Below, piece by piece: positions 29,215 to 39,782 of a stretch of DNA of 64,000 bases; within the stretch, counting starts at the first letter, position 1, and each line of letters starts with the position of its first letter. This DNA comes from a bacterium (GTDB lineage: Bacteria; UBA8248; JACPRG01; G963555815). The notes beneath the pieces were generated by a model. That model did not search any database. It worked only from the letters and a program-made list of their open reading frames with translations, and had not been told where the DNA came from. The stretch covers positions 1,696,001 to 1,760,000 of the forward strand of contig OZ244653.1 of the NCBI GenBank assembly GCA_965218795.1. The letters are read 5' to 3'. The translations under genes were made by a program, and so were the position numbers.

Positions 29215-31602
29215 ATGGCCATGGCAGCGGAATTTCAACTCAATCCCCGGTGGTTTGGGGCCAAGGTCCCAAGAGTGGAAGATGATCGGCTCCTCAAAGG
29301 GAGAGGCCGATACGTGGATGACCTTCCCTCCGAGGGGGCGCTTCACGCAGCCTTTCTCCGTTCCCCCTACGCGCATGCAGGGATCCTGTCCATTGATGTC
29401 TCGGGCGCCGTCCAGGCCGGGGCTGCCGCGGCTTATACAGCGGAAGACCTGGGCGCTGCCTGCAAAGAGTTTCCCCAGCCCGTTCCCATCCCCGCACTCC
29501 GGGCGCACAGCATCCTTCCGCTGGCGAAGGGCGTCGCCCGTTACGTCGGTGAGCCGGTGGCCGTCGTTCTGGCTGAGAGCCGCGCTTTGGCCGAAGATGC
29601 GTTGGAGGGGATCCGGGTCGATTTCGAGATCCTCGAGGCCTTGGCTCACCCCGTAGACGCGCTCGAGGACGGCGCGCCTCGGGTCCACGAGGATGTCGAG
29701 AACAATATCGCCATCACCGTCAAGTCAGGGTTTGGAAACGTCGAAGAAGCGCTTGCGAATTCACCCCGCCGCGAGACTCTTCGCCTGACGGTTCAACGGG
29801 CGGGCGGCGAGGCCATGGAGACGCGCGGGTATCTCGTCTCGTACAACGAAGCATTTGACGAGCTGAAGATTTATTCCTCCACCCAGGTGCCCCATCAGGT
29901 TCGCCGGAACATCGGATACGTGCTCGACCGCCCGGAGGCGTCCATCGACATCATTGCGCCGGACGTGGGGGGCGGTTTCGGACCCAAGGCCTTCTCCTAC
30001 TCGGAAGACTTCGTCCTGCCGTGGGCTGCGATGCGGTCGGGGCGTCCGATCAAGTGGATCGAGGATCGCATCGAGCACATCCAGACCACCTATCAGGAAC
30101 GGGAACAAGTCCACACCGTGGACGTCGGTTTCGATGAGGAGGGTCGAATTCTCGCGTTGCGCGATCGCGGTATCTGTGACACGGGCGCGTACCTTCCCTT
30201 CAGCGCCATCGTGCCGCTCCTGTCCATCACGAATATCCCCGGTCCCTACAAGATTGGCAGCTTCGAATCCAGGATGGACGTCGTCTATACCCACCGCGTC
30301 CCCATTACGCCCGTGCGGGGCGCGGGGCGGCCCCAGTCATGCTTCATTATGGAGCGGGTGATCGAGAGGGTGGCGACACGTCTGGGGATGGATTCCGTCG
30401 AGGTTCGGCGGCAAAATCTCATCCAGCCGGACGAGTTTCCATACGAGGTCGGCATCCGGGCGCGTGACGGGACCATGATGACCTACGACAGCGGTGACTA
30501 TCCCGGCCTCATGGGCATGGCCCTGGAAGGCGCCGGGTATGAAGCATTCAGACGGGGGGACCGCCCTCCCCATGAGCGCAATGACCCGGAAACAGGGCGA
30601 TACGTCGGGATGGGGGTGAGCTTCAACATCGAAGGAACCGGCTTCGGACCCTATGAAGGGGCCGTGGTCCGGGTCGATCACTCGGGTCAGGTCTTCCTCT
30701 ATACAGGAGCGACACCGACGGGACAGGGACACGAAACCATCCTCGGCCAGGTGCTGGCCGCAACCCTGAACGTCGATCTCGATAAGATCAAGGTCGTCGC
30801 CGGTGACACCCGTCATATTCCTTATGGATTCGGAACGTTCGCCAGCCGAATCGCAGTGATGGCCTCGAATTCCGTGGCCGCGGCCGGAGACAAAATGCGG
30901 AAAAAGATCGCCGAGGTCGCCGCCGCCAAACTGGAGTGTTCTCCCGAAGATCTGAAAGTGGACGGAGGGAAGGCTTTTGTGAAGGGAAGCCCGGATCAAT
31001 CGCTGACGTTCGCTGAAGTGGCCAGGATTTCGGCGGGCACGCCGGGGATCATGATGGCCGGGCAGTCCCCCGGCCTGGAGGTCAGAGAGTACAATACCCC
31101 CAGCCACCCGGCGACTGCGGCGGGGTGTCATATTTGCGTCGCTGAGGTTGATACCCACACGGGTTTCGTCAAGGTCCTGCGTTATGTCGTCGCCCACGAC
31201 TGCGGCGTCGTCCTGAATCCCACGATCCTGACCGGTCAGGTTCACGGCGCCGTTGCCCATGGAATCGGAGAGGTCATCATCGAAGAGGTGGTCTTTGACG
31301 AGAACGCGACGCCGCAGGCCTCGACCTTCCTGGATTATCTGCTTCCGCTCTCAACGGATATCCCCGACCTCGAGATCCTTCACTTGGAGACGCCCTCTCC
31401 TTTCAATCGGCTGGGCGTCAAAGGAGCCGGCGAGAGCGGAACCATTGCGGCCCCGGCCGCCGTGGTCGCCGCCATCGAGGACGCCCTGAAACCGCTCGGC
31501 ATCGAGATCAATGAAACACCATTGACGCCTTATCGGCTCTGGCAAATCCTCCGGACCCGGAAGAGTCCGCTGGACGACCGCGGGGTGAACGGAGGGTCTT
31601 GA
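29215..31602 (+). CDS. Xanthine dehydrogenase-family molybdopterin-binding large subunit
   Basis: RVEDDRLL, DVGGGFG, VRGAGRP, GQGHET, GVKGAGESG. Confidence 0.9.
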   Translation: MAMAAEFQLNPRWFGAKVPRVEDDRLLKGRGRYVDDLPSEGALHAAFLRSPYAHAGILSIDVSGAVQAGAAAAYTAEDLGAACKEFPQPVPIPALRAHSILPLAKGVARYVGEPVAVVLAESRALAEDALEGIRVDFEILEALAHPVDALEDGAPRVHEDVENNIAITVKSGFGNVEEALANSPRRETLRLTVQRAGGEAMETRGYLVSYNEAFDELKIYSSTQVPHQVRRNIGYVLDRPEASIDIIAPDVGGGFGPKAFSYSEDFVLPWAAMRSGRPIKWIEDRIEHIQTTYQEREQVHTVDVGFDEEGRILALRDRGICDTGAYLPFSAIVPLLSITNIPGPYKIGSFESRMDVVYTHRVPITPVRGAGRPQSCFIMERVIERVATRLGMDSVEVRRQNLIQPDEFPYEVGIRARDGTMMTYDSGDYPGLMGMALEGAGYEAFRRGDRPPHERNDPETGRYVGMGVSFNIEGTGFGPYEGAVVRVDHSGQVFLYTGATPTGQGHETILGQVLAATLNVDLDKIKVVAGDTRHIPYGFGTFASRIAVMASNSVAAAGDKMRKKIAEVAAAKLECSPEDLKVDGGKAFVKGSPDQSLTFAEVARISAGTPGIMMAGQSPGLEVREYNTPSHPATAAGCHICVAEVDTHTGFVKVLRYVVAHDCGVVLNPTILTGQVHGAVAHGIGEVIIEEVVFDENATPQASTFLDYLLPLSTDIPDLEILHLETPSPFNRLGVKGAGESGTIAAPAAVVAAIEDALKPLGIEINETPLTPYRLWQILRTRKSPLDDRGVNGGS

Positions 31603-31751
31603 GGCCCGGCATGGATCCGGTCCATTTCCGGTCCGGCCGAGGTCTGTCATGATTTGATCGTTCAATCCCGGCAGAGCCGGTCGAGTCCGGGCAAAAGGTC
31701 CTTCACGCCGATCCCCACCGGCAATCCCCCCGAGCAAGAACGGGAGAAAGG

Positions 31752-33016
31752 ATGACGCACGTTTCCAAGGCCGCAGCCTCTCCTGGGTCGATGAAGCCAT
31801 CGAGGCCCGCTCCGCCGAGCTCGCCGAGCTCACCTCGAAGCTGGTTCAAATTCCGAGTGAAAATCCCCCCGGGGACACGCGGGAGGTCTGCGATTTTTGC
31901 GAGGACTGGCTGAAGGAGCGCGGGATCACAGTCCGCCGGACGGCTGTCGATCCGCATATGCCCAACCTGATCGCCGTTATCCCGGGAAAAAGGAAGGGGG
32001 CGGGGAAACGCCTCATCTTGAATGCGCACATCGATACCTTTCCCGCAGGCGACGCCTCCCTGTGGGAAGATCCGCCTTTCTCCGGTCTCATCCGGGAAGG
32101 AAAGCTGCGCGGCCGCGGGTCCGTCGATATGAAGGCCGGAGTTGCGGCCAATTTGATCATCACCGAACTGGCCGCAGGCCGGACGCAGCGGTTTTCGGGC
32201 GAGATGGTCTTGACCCTGGCTTCTGACGAGGAAACCATGGGGGATAAGGGCTCGGCCCATCTGCTGGCGGAGTTTCCGGAGGCGCGGGGCGATGCGATGC
32301 TCAGTCCGGAGAACAGCGGCGCCGGGACCGTATGCTTTGGCCAAAAGGGCCTCTTTTGGGCGCGTCTCGTCGGACGGGGGAAAGGGGCCCATGGCGCGTT
32401 CGTGCACAGGGGGAAGAGCGCGGTCGAAGCACTGGTGAACGCCCTGACCGATCTGAAAAGCCGCTTCGAAGCTCTGGGATCGCTCATCCCCATGGAGCTT
32501 GAACACTATTTTGAAGCGGCTGTGGAGGATCCCCATCGGCGATTGAAGGATGAAGATCTGAAGGTCTTGCGAAGGGTGACGGTCAACATCGGCAGAATCC
32601 ACGGGGGGGAGAAGGTCAACCTCGTTGCGGAGAGATGTGAAGCCGAAGCCGACATCCGGCTCCCGGCCGGTTTCCAGGTCGAGGCCGCTCGGGAGATCGT
32701 GGCGGATGTTCTCGGGCGCCACCCCGACGTTCATTTGGAGACTGCTCAGGGCCATGATCCAACCGTCTCGGAGCCCGACGGCGAAATCTTCCGCGTCCTG
32801 AGAGCGGAGGCCGGAGCGGTCACGGGGTCGCCGCCTTTGACGGCTCTGCGGATCGGCGCGACGGACGCCCGGCTGTTTCGCGCGGCGGGAATCCCGTCGG
32901 CGACTTACGGGCCGACCGGTTACAACGTGGGCGGCCCGGATGAGTATGTCGACCTCGAAGAGCTGTCTTTGATCACACGGGTCCTGGGCCGCACGGCATT
33001 CCGGTTTCTGGCTTGA
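31752..33016 (+). CDS. M20/ArgE-DapE family metallo-hydrolase (apparent 1-bp frameshift near 31777)
   Basis: LVQIPSENPPG upstream in frame; NAHIDT, GRGSVDMKAG, DEET; ATG 31752 is out of frame by one base. Confidence 0.85.
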
Positions 33017-33126
33017 TGGGCGGCAGCGCGAGGAGCATCCCGGGAGGGGATCCGTTGGTCAATCGAGCCGTTTCGATCAACACAATTTCCTAGTTTAAGG
33101 TATCGAGATTATCCCTTTCTTGACAA

Positions 33127-33290
33127 GTAAATGCGGACAACCAAGTTTCACCGAATCACAACACGGAGAGGCTACGCCTGCCAGTTCTACGGGGCGCATG
33201 TTGATCCATGCGTAAGGTGGAAGTCGATGAGACCTACATCGGCGGTAAACGGCCCGGCAATCGGGGCCGGGGCACTGACGGCAAGTCCGG
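33127..33290 (+). mobile_element. IS1595-family transposase remnant
   Basis: KVEVDETYIGGKRPGNRGRG at about 33214-33287; boundaries approximate. Confidence 0.65.
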
Positions 33291-33330
33291 GTAGTGTCCT
33301 AATTTCGTTTTTCCCGCAAGCCATCATCCC

Positions 33331-33390
33331 AAATTATGTGAAATAATTCACATAATTTTCGCTTGACATTTGTCCCCATTGATCTATATT
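33331..33390 (+). promoter_or_regulatory. Promoter with 12-bp perfect inverted repeat
   Basis: AAATTATGTGAA-N4-TTCACATAATTT, then TTGACA (33363) and TATATT. Confidence 0.6.
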
Positions 33391-33544
33391 GCGCAATAGG
33401 TTCATATCGGGTACAATCCTTGCGTCAACGCAGTTCGTCTCTCTTTAGCGGGAGGACCGAAGAGTAGGACGAACCCTCACCCTGATCACTCTCAAGAATC
33501 TATCCCGCGGTTACTTGGTAACCACTTGCGCGGAGGTGGTCAAA

Positions 33545-33973
33545 ATGGCAAGTGTTCACGATGTAGCCAAATATATTTTGAAAAATCAGAGGGGAATAAC
33601 GACTTGGAAACTTCAAAAACTTGTCTATTACTCTCAGGCTTGGTCTTTGGTCTGGGATGAAAAACCCCTGTTCCAGGCTCGCATTGAAGCATGGGCTAAT
33701 GGTCCTGTTGTGCCAGCCCTTTATCGTCTCCATCGAGGCCAATATCTTGTTAGCGATTGGCCGAAAGGGAATCCAAGGGCATTGTCCAAACGAGAAAAGG
33801 AAACCGTTGATGTTATCTTAGGGTTCTATGGTGACAAGACATCCCAGTGGCTTAGTGACCTGACCCATCAAGAACCTCCGTGGAAGGAAGCCAGAAACGG
33901 ATTGCCTCCTGGCGCGAGGGGGAGCGCAGAAATTACCCAGGCGGCAATGGCTGAATACTACGGAAGCCTCTAA
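33545..33973 (+). CDS. Panacea (DUF4065/SocA/GepA) antitoxin
   Basis: KLQKLVYYSQ, IEAWANGPV, LTHQEPPW. Confidence 0.9.
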   Translation: MASVHDVAKYILKNQRGITTWKLQKLVYYSQAWSLVWDEKPLFQARIEAWANGPVVPALYRLHRGQYLVSDWPKGNPRALSKREKETVDVILGFYGDKTSQWLSDLTHQEPPWKEARNGLPPGARGSAEITQAAMAEYYGSL

Positions 33974-34539
33974 TGGCCGCTTCCAAGAAGAACAAGAAAC
34001 CTAAAACCGCTTTCGTCCCGTCCCCGGCAAAATCTCCAAAGATTCAGCTGTACCCTGATTTTATGAGTTCCCAACCAGCATGGCGGATCTCATTAATTGA
34101 GATGAAAGGGCCGTTCGGCTGGCATGCAGTGAACGGGGCGACCCTCTATGAAATTCGCGAAAAACTTGCAAATTTTGAAAAGATGACTTGGAGTGAAATC
34201 TTGGTTCGTAGGAAAAAGCGCAACCATTCAGTTGAGGTTTCCAAATTATGCAAGGATGCCAGAGACCGCTTAAGGATGCTAAAGCAGGATGATATTGATG
34301 AGTTGCTATCTCTTGGCCTATCTGGGAAAGAAAGAGTCTGGGGCATACGAGAGGACAATGTTCTCAAGGTGCTTTGGTGGGACTCTAACCACAGTGTTTG
34401 TCCCTCCATGAAGAAACACACTGAGTGGACCGGCGGTACGTCAACGGTTTTCCCTTTCCACGCGAACGGAAATGCCGAGGGTCAGCCGCTCAACCGGAAA
34501 CCAGAAAATCCCGATACCTTAACTAGAAAATTGCGTTGA
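33973..34539 (+). CDS. Putative RelE-like toxin partner of Panacea
   Basis: TAATG coupling to the antitoxin; FEKMTWSEI, LSGKERVWGI, VLWWD..H.VCPS.KKHT; the tail beyond about 34425 may be a frameshift extension. Confidence 0.65.
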   Translation: MAASKKNKKPKTAFVPSPAKSPKIQLYPDFMSSQPAWRISLIEMKGPFGWHAVNGATLYEIREKLANFEKMTWSEILVRRKKRNHSVEVSKLCKDARDRLRMLKQDDIDELLSLGLSGKERVWGIREDNVLKVLWWDSNHSVCPSMKKHTEWTGGTSTVFPFHANGNAEGQPLNRKPENPDTLTRKLR

Positions 34540-34626
34540 TCAAAGACGATGGCTCCCGGGCAGACGGCCTTGCACGGCCGGGACCTGCGGCGCCCGACTC
34601 TAGCGTGTAAGGCGCCGGCCGGAACG

Positions 34627-35685
34627 ATGCCTCCAAGAATCCTGACCCTTCATTGCTCTGTTCCCCCGAAAGAATTCCTGCAAGGGGAAGTCTACCGCAC
34701 CTTCTTTGCCGATCGCTTCCGGAAAAACTCGAAAGCCCGAGAGATTTTCGAGAATTCACGTATCGAGAAGCGTCACGCGGTCGTCGACGCGGGGTTCTTT
34801 GCGCGGGAGCGGACGATTGAGGATCGAAACCACGAATATGTACGCGGGGCTTTGGATTTAGGTGAATCGGCCATCCGGCGGTGTCTGGAAGAGATCCCCG
34901 CGACCCCCCGAGAACTTGACGACTTTATCGTGGTCTCCTGCACCGGCTATTCGAATCCCGGGCTGGAGATCCTTTTGGCGAAACGTCTCGGGATGCGGCA
35001 GGACCTCCGGCGAACCGCAATCGGCGGGATGGGTTGCTACGCGGCCTTTCCGGGAATGGCGCGGGCCTACGAATCGCTGATCACCCGGCCGGACGCGCGG
35101 GTCCTTCTGCTCGCCGTCGAGATCTGCTCCGTGACCCTTCAGGACGATGCATCCACGGAAAACGTCGTGGCCAGCGCCCTGTTCGGAGACGGCGCCGCGG
35201 CTTTGATCTTGGGCGATGGCCGATTACCCGCTTCAGCCGGCCCGCCCCTTTTTCCCCGTGTGGTCGGATTTGAAACCCATACTTCGTACAAGACAACCGG
35301 GGAAATGGGTTTCTTCGTTACGGCGACGGGATTCGCCATTCAGCTTTCCGCACGGATACCTGTCTTTCTTCGGCAGAATGTAGCCGGCGTCGTGGAGCGG
35401 CTATTGGCGGGCCGCAATCTGAAATTGGAAGACATCAGGTTCTGGGTCATTCACCCGGGCGGAGCGAAAATCCTGGATTACGTTCAAGAGGTTTTCGGCC
35501 TGAGCGAGGAGGACATGCGTTATTCGCGCGGCATCTTATCCGAGTTCGGCAACATGAGCTCTCCGACGGTGATGTTCATCCTGGACCGGATCATACGCCG
35601 GGGAGATCCCCAACCGGGCGATTACGGTCTGATGATGGGATTCGGTCCCGGACTGACCATCGAAACCTGCCTCCTTCAATGGTAG
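34627..35685 (+). CDS. Type III polyketide synthase
   Basis: Cys-His-Asn triad GMGC/HPGG/GNMSS; LFGDGA; GFGPGLTIE. Confidence 0.92.
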   Translation: MPPRILTLHCSVPPKEFLQGEVYRTFFADRFRKNSKAREIFENSRIEKRHAVVDAGFFARERTIEDRNHEYVRGALDLGESAIRRCLEEIPATPRELDDFIVVSCTGYSNPGLEILLAKRLGMRQDLRRTAIGGMGCYAAFPGMARAYESLITRPDARVLLLAVEICSVTLQDDASTENVVASALFGDGAAALILGDGRLPASAGPPLFPRVVGFETHTSYKTTGEMGFFVTATGFAIQLSARIPVFLRQNVAGVVERLLAGRNLKLEDIRFWVIHPGGAKILDYVQEVFGLSEEDMRYSRGILSEFGNMSSPTVMFILDRIIRRGDPQPGDYGLMMGFGPGLTIETCLLQW

Positions 35686-35695
35686 CCGGCGTCGA

Positions 35696-35880
35696 TTGAC
35701 GCTCTTGCGGAAGACCGCTCTCGGGGTCCGCGTCTTTCTCCTCGCGCTCATTTCCCCGAACTTCGCCGCTCCTCCCGCGATCCACGCGGACGCCATCCGT
35801 TTCCGAATCGATCCTGAGAAGAGCTTCATCCGATTCGACGGGGAGGCGGCGCTTCATGACCTGGACGGCGAAGCCGACAT
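35696..35880 (+). pseudogene. YceI-like protein N-terminal fragment
   Basis: Signal-like N-terminus, then FRIDPEKSFIRFDG...HDLDG, then repeat-derived sequence. Confidence 0.5.
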
Positions 35881-36054
35881 CCGGCTCCCGCTGCTCCGCC
35901 GGGGCCTCGCCCGGCCGGAGCGGGAGATCTCTTGGGTGACACCCGATTCCCTTCCCGTCCGGAACCCGATAAACACCGATGCCTCGCCCAATTTCTCTTC
36001 GCCCTGGACCCCGGCCAAGCGCTCGCCGGGGCAGGCTCCCTGCCTTCGCCGCAT

Positions 36055-36245
36055 GGATTCCTGCCTGCGCAGGAATGACAGACACAACCCACACCGATCC
36101 CCTCGGTCCGTCATTCCCGCGCAACCCGCCGCTTGTCGTTCCCGCGGGGCTTGTCCCCGAAGGTTTTCATCGGGGAGCGGGAATCCAGTGCAGCCCGAGC
36201 CGTTCGCGCCTTCACGCCCCTGAGCCGGCAGGGGGCAGGAATGAC
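36055..36245. repeat. Cluster of ATTCCC/GGGAAT palindromic repeats
   Basis: GGATTCCTGC..GCAGGAATGAC and GTCATTCCCGC..GCGGGAATCC units; relatives near 8775, 13240, 13450, 26680, 38237, 49417, 53110-53345, 62890. Confidence 0.8.
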
Positions 36246-36545
36246 GAAACAGAGTCGCGCGGATCCTCCTTCTCCGCCGTTGTCACGGCCCCTTCCTCAT
36301 CGGGCCGCGGCGGCGGGCGAAGGGGAAGAACGTTGTTTAGATGAGCGTAACGCCGCCGGGGATGCGGCGTTTCCGCAGGCTACGCATGACTCGCGTTGCC
36401 AGAAACCTGCGGGGGCGAATAAAGAACACGCCCGAGACGGATACGTCACCTATTCATCTCGCAGAAAACCGACTGTCACGAAACAAACTCCCGCCCCGAC
36501 TCCGCCAACTGGGACCGCGCCGGGAAGCGCGCGCTACCCCCCCCG

Positions 36546-37976
36546 CTACAAGGCCCTCCTTTCGATAGACGCCTCCCTCCCGAACCGCTCGGCCGCCTCC
36601 AGGGTCTCGCGCACGTCGTCCCAGGTCGTGGTGTGGTTGAGGATGCAGAGCCTGAGCGCAAACGTCCCCTTGAGAAGCGTTGATGACATGAACCCGCGGT
36701 CTTCCCAAAAGACCCGGGCGAGCACGTTCCTGTTGATCTTCTCCAAGGCCTCCTCGTCGAGGCCGGCGTCCGCGGGTTTGACCCGGAAGCACACGACGCT
36801 CAGCGACACGGGGGTCAACATCTCCAGGGACTGGCTTTTCTGAACGTACGCCTCGGCCCGGGCGGCCAATTCCATCCCCTTCGACACGGCCCGCCGGAAC
36901 GCGGCCATCCCGAAGGTCTGGATCGACATCCAGACCTTCAAGGCCCGAAACGAGCGGCTCAACTGCAGGCCGCGATTCGCGATGTTCGGGTGGTTCGCGC
37001 CCCATATCGTGTCCTGGAGAACATCGTGGTGAACCGTGAACGCCTTCTCGAGCGTTCTTGCGTCCTTCACCATAAGGCCGCCCGCCTCGTACGACTGGAA
37101 GAACCATTTGTGCGCGTCCAGCCCGATGGAATCGGCGCGCTCGATCCCGCGCAAGAGCCTCTTGCCCTTCTCGGTTATGGCCGCAAAGCCGCCGTACGCG
37201 GCGTCGACGTGCAGCCACACGCCTTCCGCCTCGCAGTAGTCCGCCATCGCTTCAAGCGGGTCGATGGCCCCGGTGCTGACCGCTCCGGCGTTGGCGCACA
37301 CCGCGATGGGATTGAACCCCGCGGCGCGGTCGTCGGTCACGGCGCGCGCGAGCGCATCCATGTCCAGGCGGAAGCGCTCGTCGCTCGAAACCATGCGAAT
37401 GCACTCCGGGCGAACGCCGATGATCCTCGCCGCGCGGATGTGTGCGCTATGGCTCTGGTCGCTCATATACACGGTCGCACGCTCGGGGTGGCCCGCCGCT
37501 TCCCGCGCCGCGACCAAGGCGTCCACGCTCGCCGCCGAGCCTCCGCTCGTCAAAAGCCCGCCCGCGCTCTCCGGATAGCCGAGCCAGCGCCGGAACCAGT
37601 CGATGACGACCAACTCGAGCTGGCTCGGACCGCTCGCGAGCAGCCAGGTGGCTGCGTTGATGTTGTACCCGGCGGCCATGAAGTCGGCCAGCACCCCGGG
37701 CCAGGTGGGCGACGACGGGATAAACCCGAAGAAACGGGGATGATCGAACCGCGCCGCGACCGGGAGGATCTCGCGCGCGGTTCGTTCAAGGACCTCCGCT
37801 GCTGGCCGGCCGTCCTCGGGCGGATCCTCCATCAGTCGGTTCTCGAGCTCCTGCCGGAAATCTCCGTCCCAGGCATCGCCTCCGGGCAGGCTCTCGATCC
37901 GCTCCACCACAAGCTCCGCCGCCTTGCGCGCGAGATCGAGCATGAGCTCGGGGGCCATCTGGAGGCCGTCGTTCAT
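36546..37976 (-). CDS. Group II PLP-dependent amino acid decarboxylase
   Basis: HPRFFGFIP, SDQSHS, LHVDAAYGG, DAHKW, SRSFRALKVW. Confidence 0.92.
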   Translation of the reverse strand: MNDGLQMAPELMLDLARKAAELVVERIESLPGGDAWDGDFRQELENRLMEDPPEDGRPAAEVLERTAREILPVAARFDHPRFFGFIPSSPTWPGVLADFMAAGYNINAATWLLASGPSQLELVVIDWFRRWLGYPESAGGLLTSGGSAASVDALVAAREAAGHPERATVYMSDQSHSAHIRAARIIGVRPECIRMVSSDERFRLDMDALARAVTDDRAAGFNPIAVCANAGAVSTGAIDPLEAMADYCEAEGVWLHVDAAYGGFAAITEKGKRLLRGIERADSIGLDAHKWFFQSYEAGGLMVKDARTLEKAFTVHHDVLQDTIWGANHPNIANRGLQLSRSFRALKVWMSIQTFGMAAFRRAVSKGMELAARAEAYVQKSQSLEMLTPVSLSVVCFRVKPADAGLDEEALEKINRNVLARVFWEDRGFMSSTLLKGTFALRLCILNHTTTWDDVRETLEAAERFGREASIERRAL

Positions 37977-38404
37977 CGCTCCCCCCCCCCCCCCGACTTT
38001 TCATCGCTCCGCGTCGAGGCGGATGACGTTTCTCGTCTTCCCTCTGATTTTCCCCTCATGATCCTCCTCGTTGTCTTGTTTGCCGCTTCCGCGATGCATC
38101 TAGAGAGAGAGCCAACCCGCGGTCAGGCAGTGCGTTCCCGCGAGACGACAAAGTCCGAAAGCCGACGTTTTTCAGATGGACGGTCCTTCCCTCGCAGCCC
38201 GCCCCCGAATGCCTTCGTCGCGTGGCCTGCCCCCTGGATTCCTGTTGCAGCCTGTCCCCGAAGGCTTTCATCGGGGAGCGGGAATCCACATCAGCGGGAA
38301 ACTCCGCAACACCCTTCAGGGGCGGGGGAGGAAGTCACTGAGGAGCCCGCTGCATTGAACATCGTTCAAGGTTCGGATCCTGCAAACAGAAAAATGGACC
38401 CTTC

Positions 38405-39673
38405 TCACCCGCCCAGCTCGACGATGTAATCCTTGATCCGCTGCCGGTCTTTGGCCCTGGGTTGGAGCTCGAGGTACTTGCGGAAGGCTTCCTTGGCCTT
38501 TTCCCGGTTCCTTTGCTTGTAATGCAGAAGTCCCAATCCTTTATAGGCGTCGGCCAGCTCGGGGTCGTAGGAAACCGCTTTTTCGTAGCTTTCAATGGCC
38601 TTTTGTTGACCCTGCCCGGAGCCGTCCGAAAGTCGGTGAATCTCGCCGTAGTAGTAGTGGGACTTCGCGTCGTTGGGCGTGATGGCGAGCACCTTGTCGA
38701 GCGCCGCCCGCGCCACATTGAATCGACCCGCCTTGATGTCGAGCCGGGCGTTTTCCCGAACGATGACCCGGCGTCGAAGCTGAAACGCTTCCGTATCCCT
38801 GACCCTGCCCGTTTGCCCGGCCGCTTCGGCGTACGGGCCCGCCAGCATGGATTCGTAATTGGCGATCCGAGCGCTGTTCCGCGGATGGCTCCCGAAGAAG
38901 AAGTTTTCAATCGCCGTGCTGTCTCCGTAGGTTTTCTGGAAAAGCCCGAACGCCTTGGGGGCTTCGTTCACGTCATATCCGGCGTCCGCCAGAAGGCCCA
39001 TGCCGCCGTCATCGGCCTCGGACTCCAGGCCCCGAGCGTAGCCCTTGATGGAGGCCAGGACGGCCAGGGGAAGGCCCAGCCCGATCAGGAGTCTGGCCGT
39101 GTTGTTGAGAAGGGCGGCCCCCACGAAATCGCCGCGCTCCATGCGCTCCCCCGTCAGGTAAGCCATGAGGAAGCTCAGGGCAATGATCCCGCCGATGTAG
39201 AATATCTGCTTGTTCTTGGCGTCCCGGATGGACCGGACGGTGTGCCGGTTGATGGAGTGGGTCATCTCGTGCCCTACGACCGTGGCCAGCTGGGCCTCGT
39301 TCTCCACCCGCGCGATCAGCCCCGAATGGATGTAGATCCTGCCGTTGGCATAGGCGAAGGCGTTGAGGGCGGGGTCGTGAATCACCTTGAACTGAAACTT
39401 GAGCGTGTCGGAGCCCTTCAGTTTCTCGGGGGTCAGCTTCCGGCCCATTTCCTGAAGGTATTCCTCAAGAAGCGGATCGTTGATGATCTTCTTGCTCACG
39501 TCCAGCTTTTTCTGTTCCTGAGCGCTCTTTTCCCAGATCCGCCTCTCGTCCGACTCCAGTTGGGTACGGGGATTCAAGGAAAGCGGGGGTAGAGAAGTCG
39601 AAGCGCAGGCGACGGTAAAGATCGGAATAAGGCAATAAGCGACCCATCTGGAAATTCGACGAAAGCCCTTCAT
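38405..39673 (-). CDS. M48 metalloprotease with TPR repeats (lipoprotein)
   Basis: NAFA..GRIY, GHEMTH HEXXH, ESEAD, SHP; C-terminal TPRs; lipobox TVAC. Confidence 0.9.
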   Translation of the reverse strand: MKGFRRISRWVAYCLIPIFTVACASTSLPPLSLNPRTQLESDERRIWEKSAQEQKKLDVSKKIINDPLLEEYLQEMGRKLTPEKLKGSDTLKFQFKVIHDPALNAFAYANGRIYIHSGLIARVENEAQLATVVGHEMTHSINRHTVRSIRDAKNKQIFYIGGIIALSFLMAYLTGERMERGDFVGAALLNNTARLLIGLGLPLAVLASIKGYARGLESEADDGGMGLLADAGYDVNEAPKAFGLFQKTYGDSTAIENFFFGSHPRNSARIANYESMLAGPYAEAAGQTGRVRDTEAFQLRRRVIVRENARLDIKAGRFNVARAALDKVLAITPNDAKSHYYYGEIHRLSDGSGQGQQKAIESYEKAVSYDPELADAYKGLGLLHYKQRNREKAKEAFRKYLELQPRAKDRQRIKDYIVELGG

Positions 39674-39782
39674 CCTGAAAACCCTCCGGTCTTAACGAAG
39701 CCAGTGCCTTTCCACTCATTCAGAACATAATCCATCGCTCGATTCAACCCACGCGCCCAGGACCGGACTTATTCTCTGACGG

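Noticed and set aside
29215-31602. Form I aerobic CO dehydrogenase CoxL
   Set aside because: Active-site loop is VRGAGR rather than AYXCSFR, and no coxMS or accessory genes
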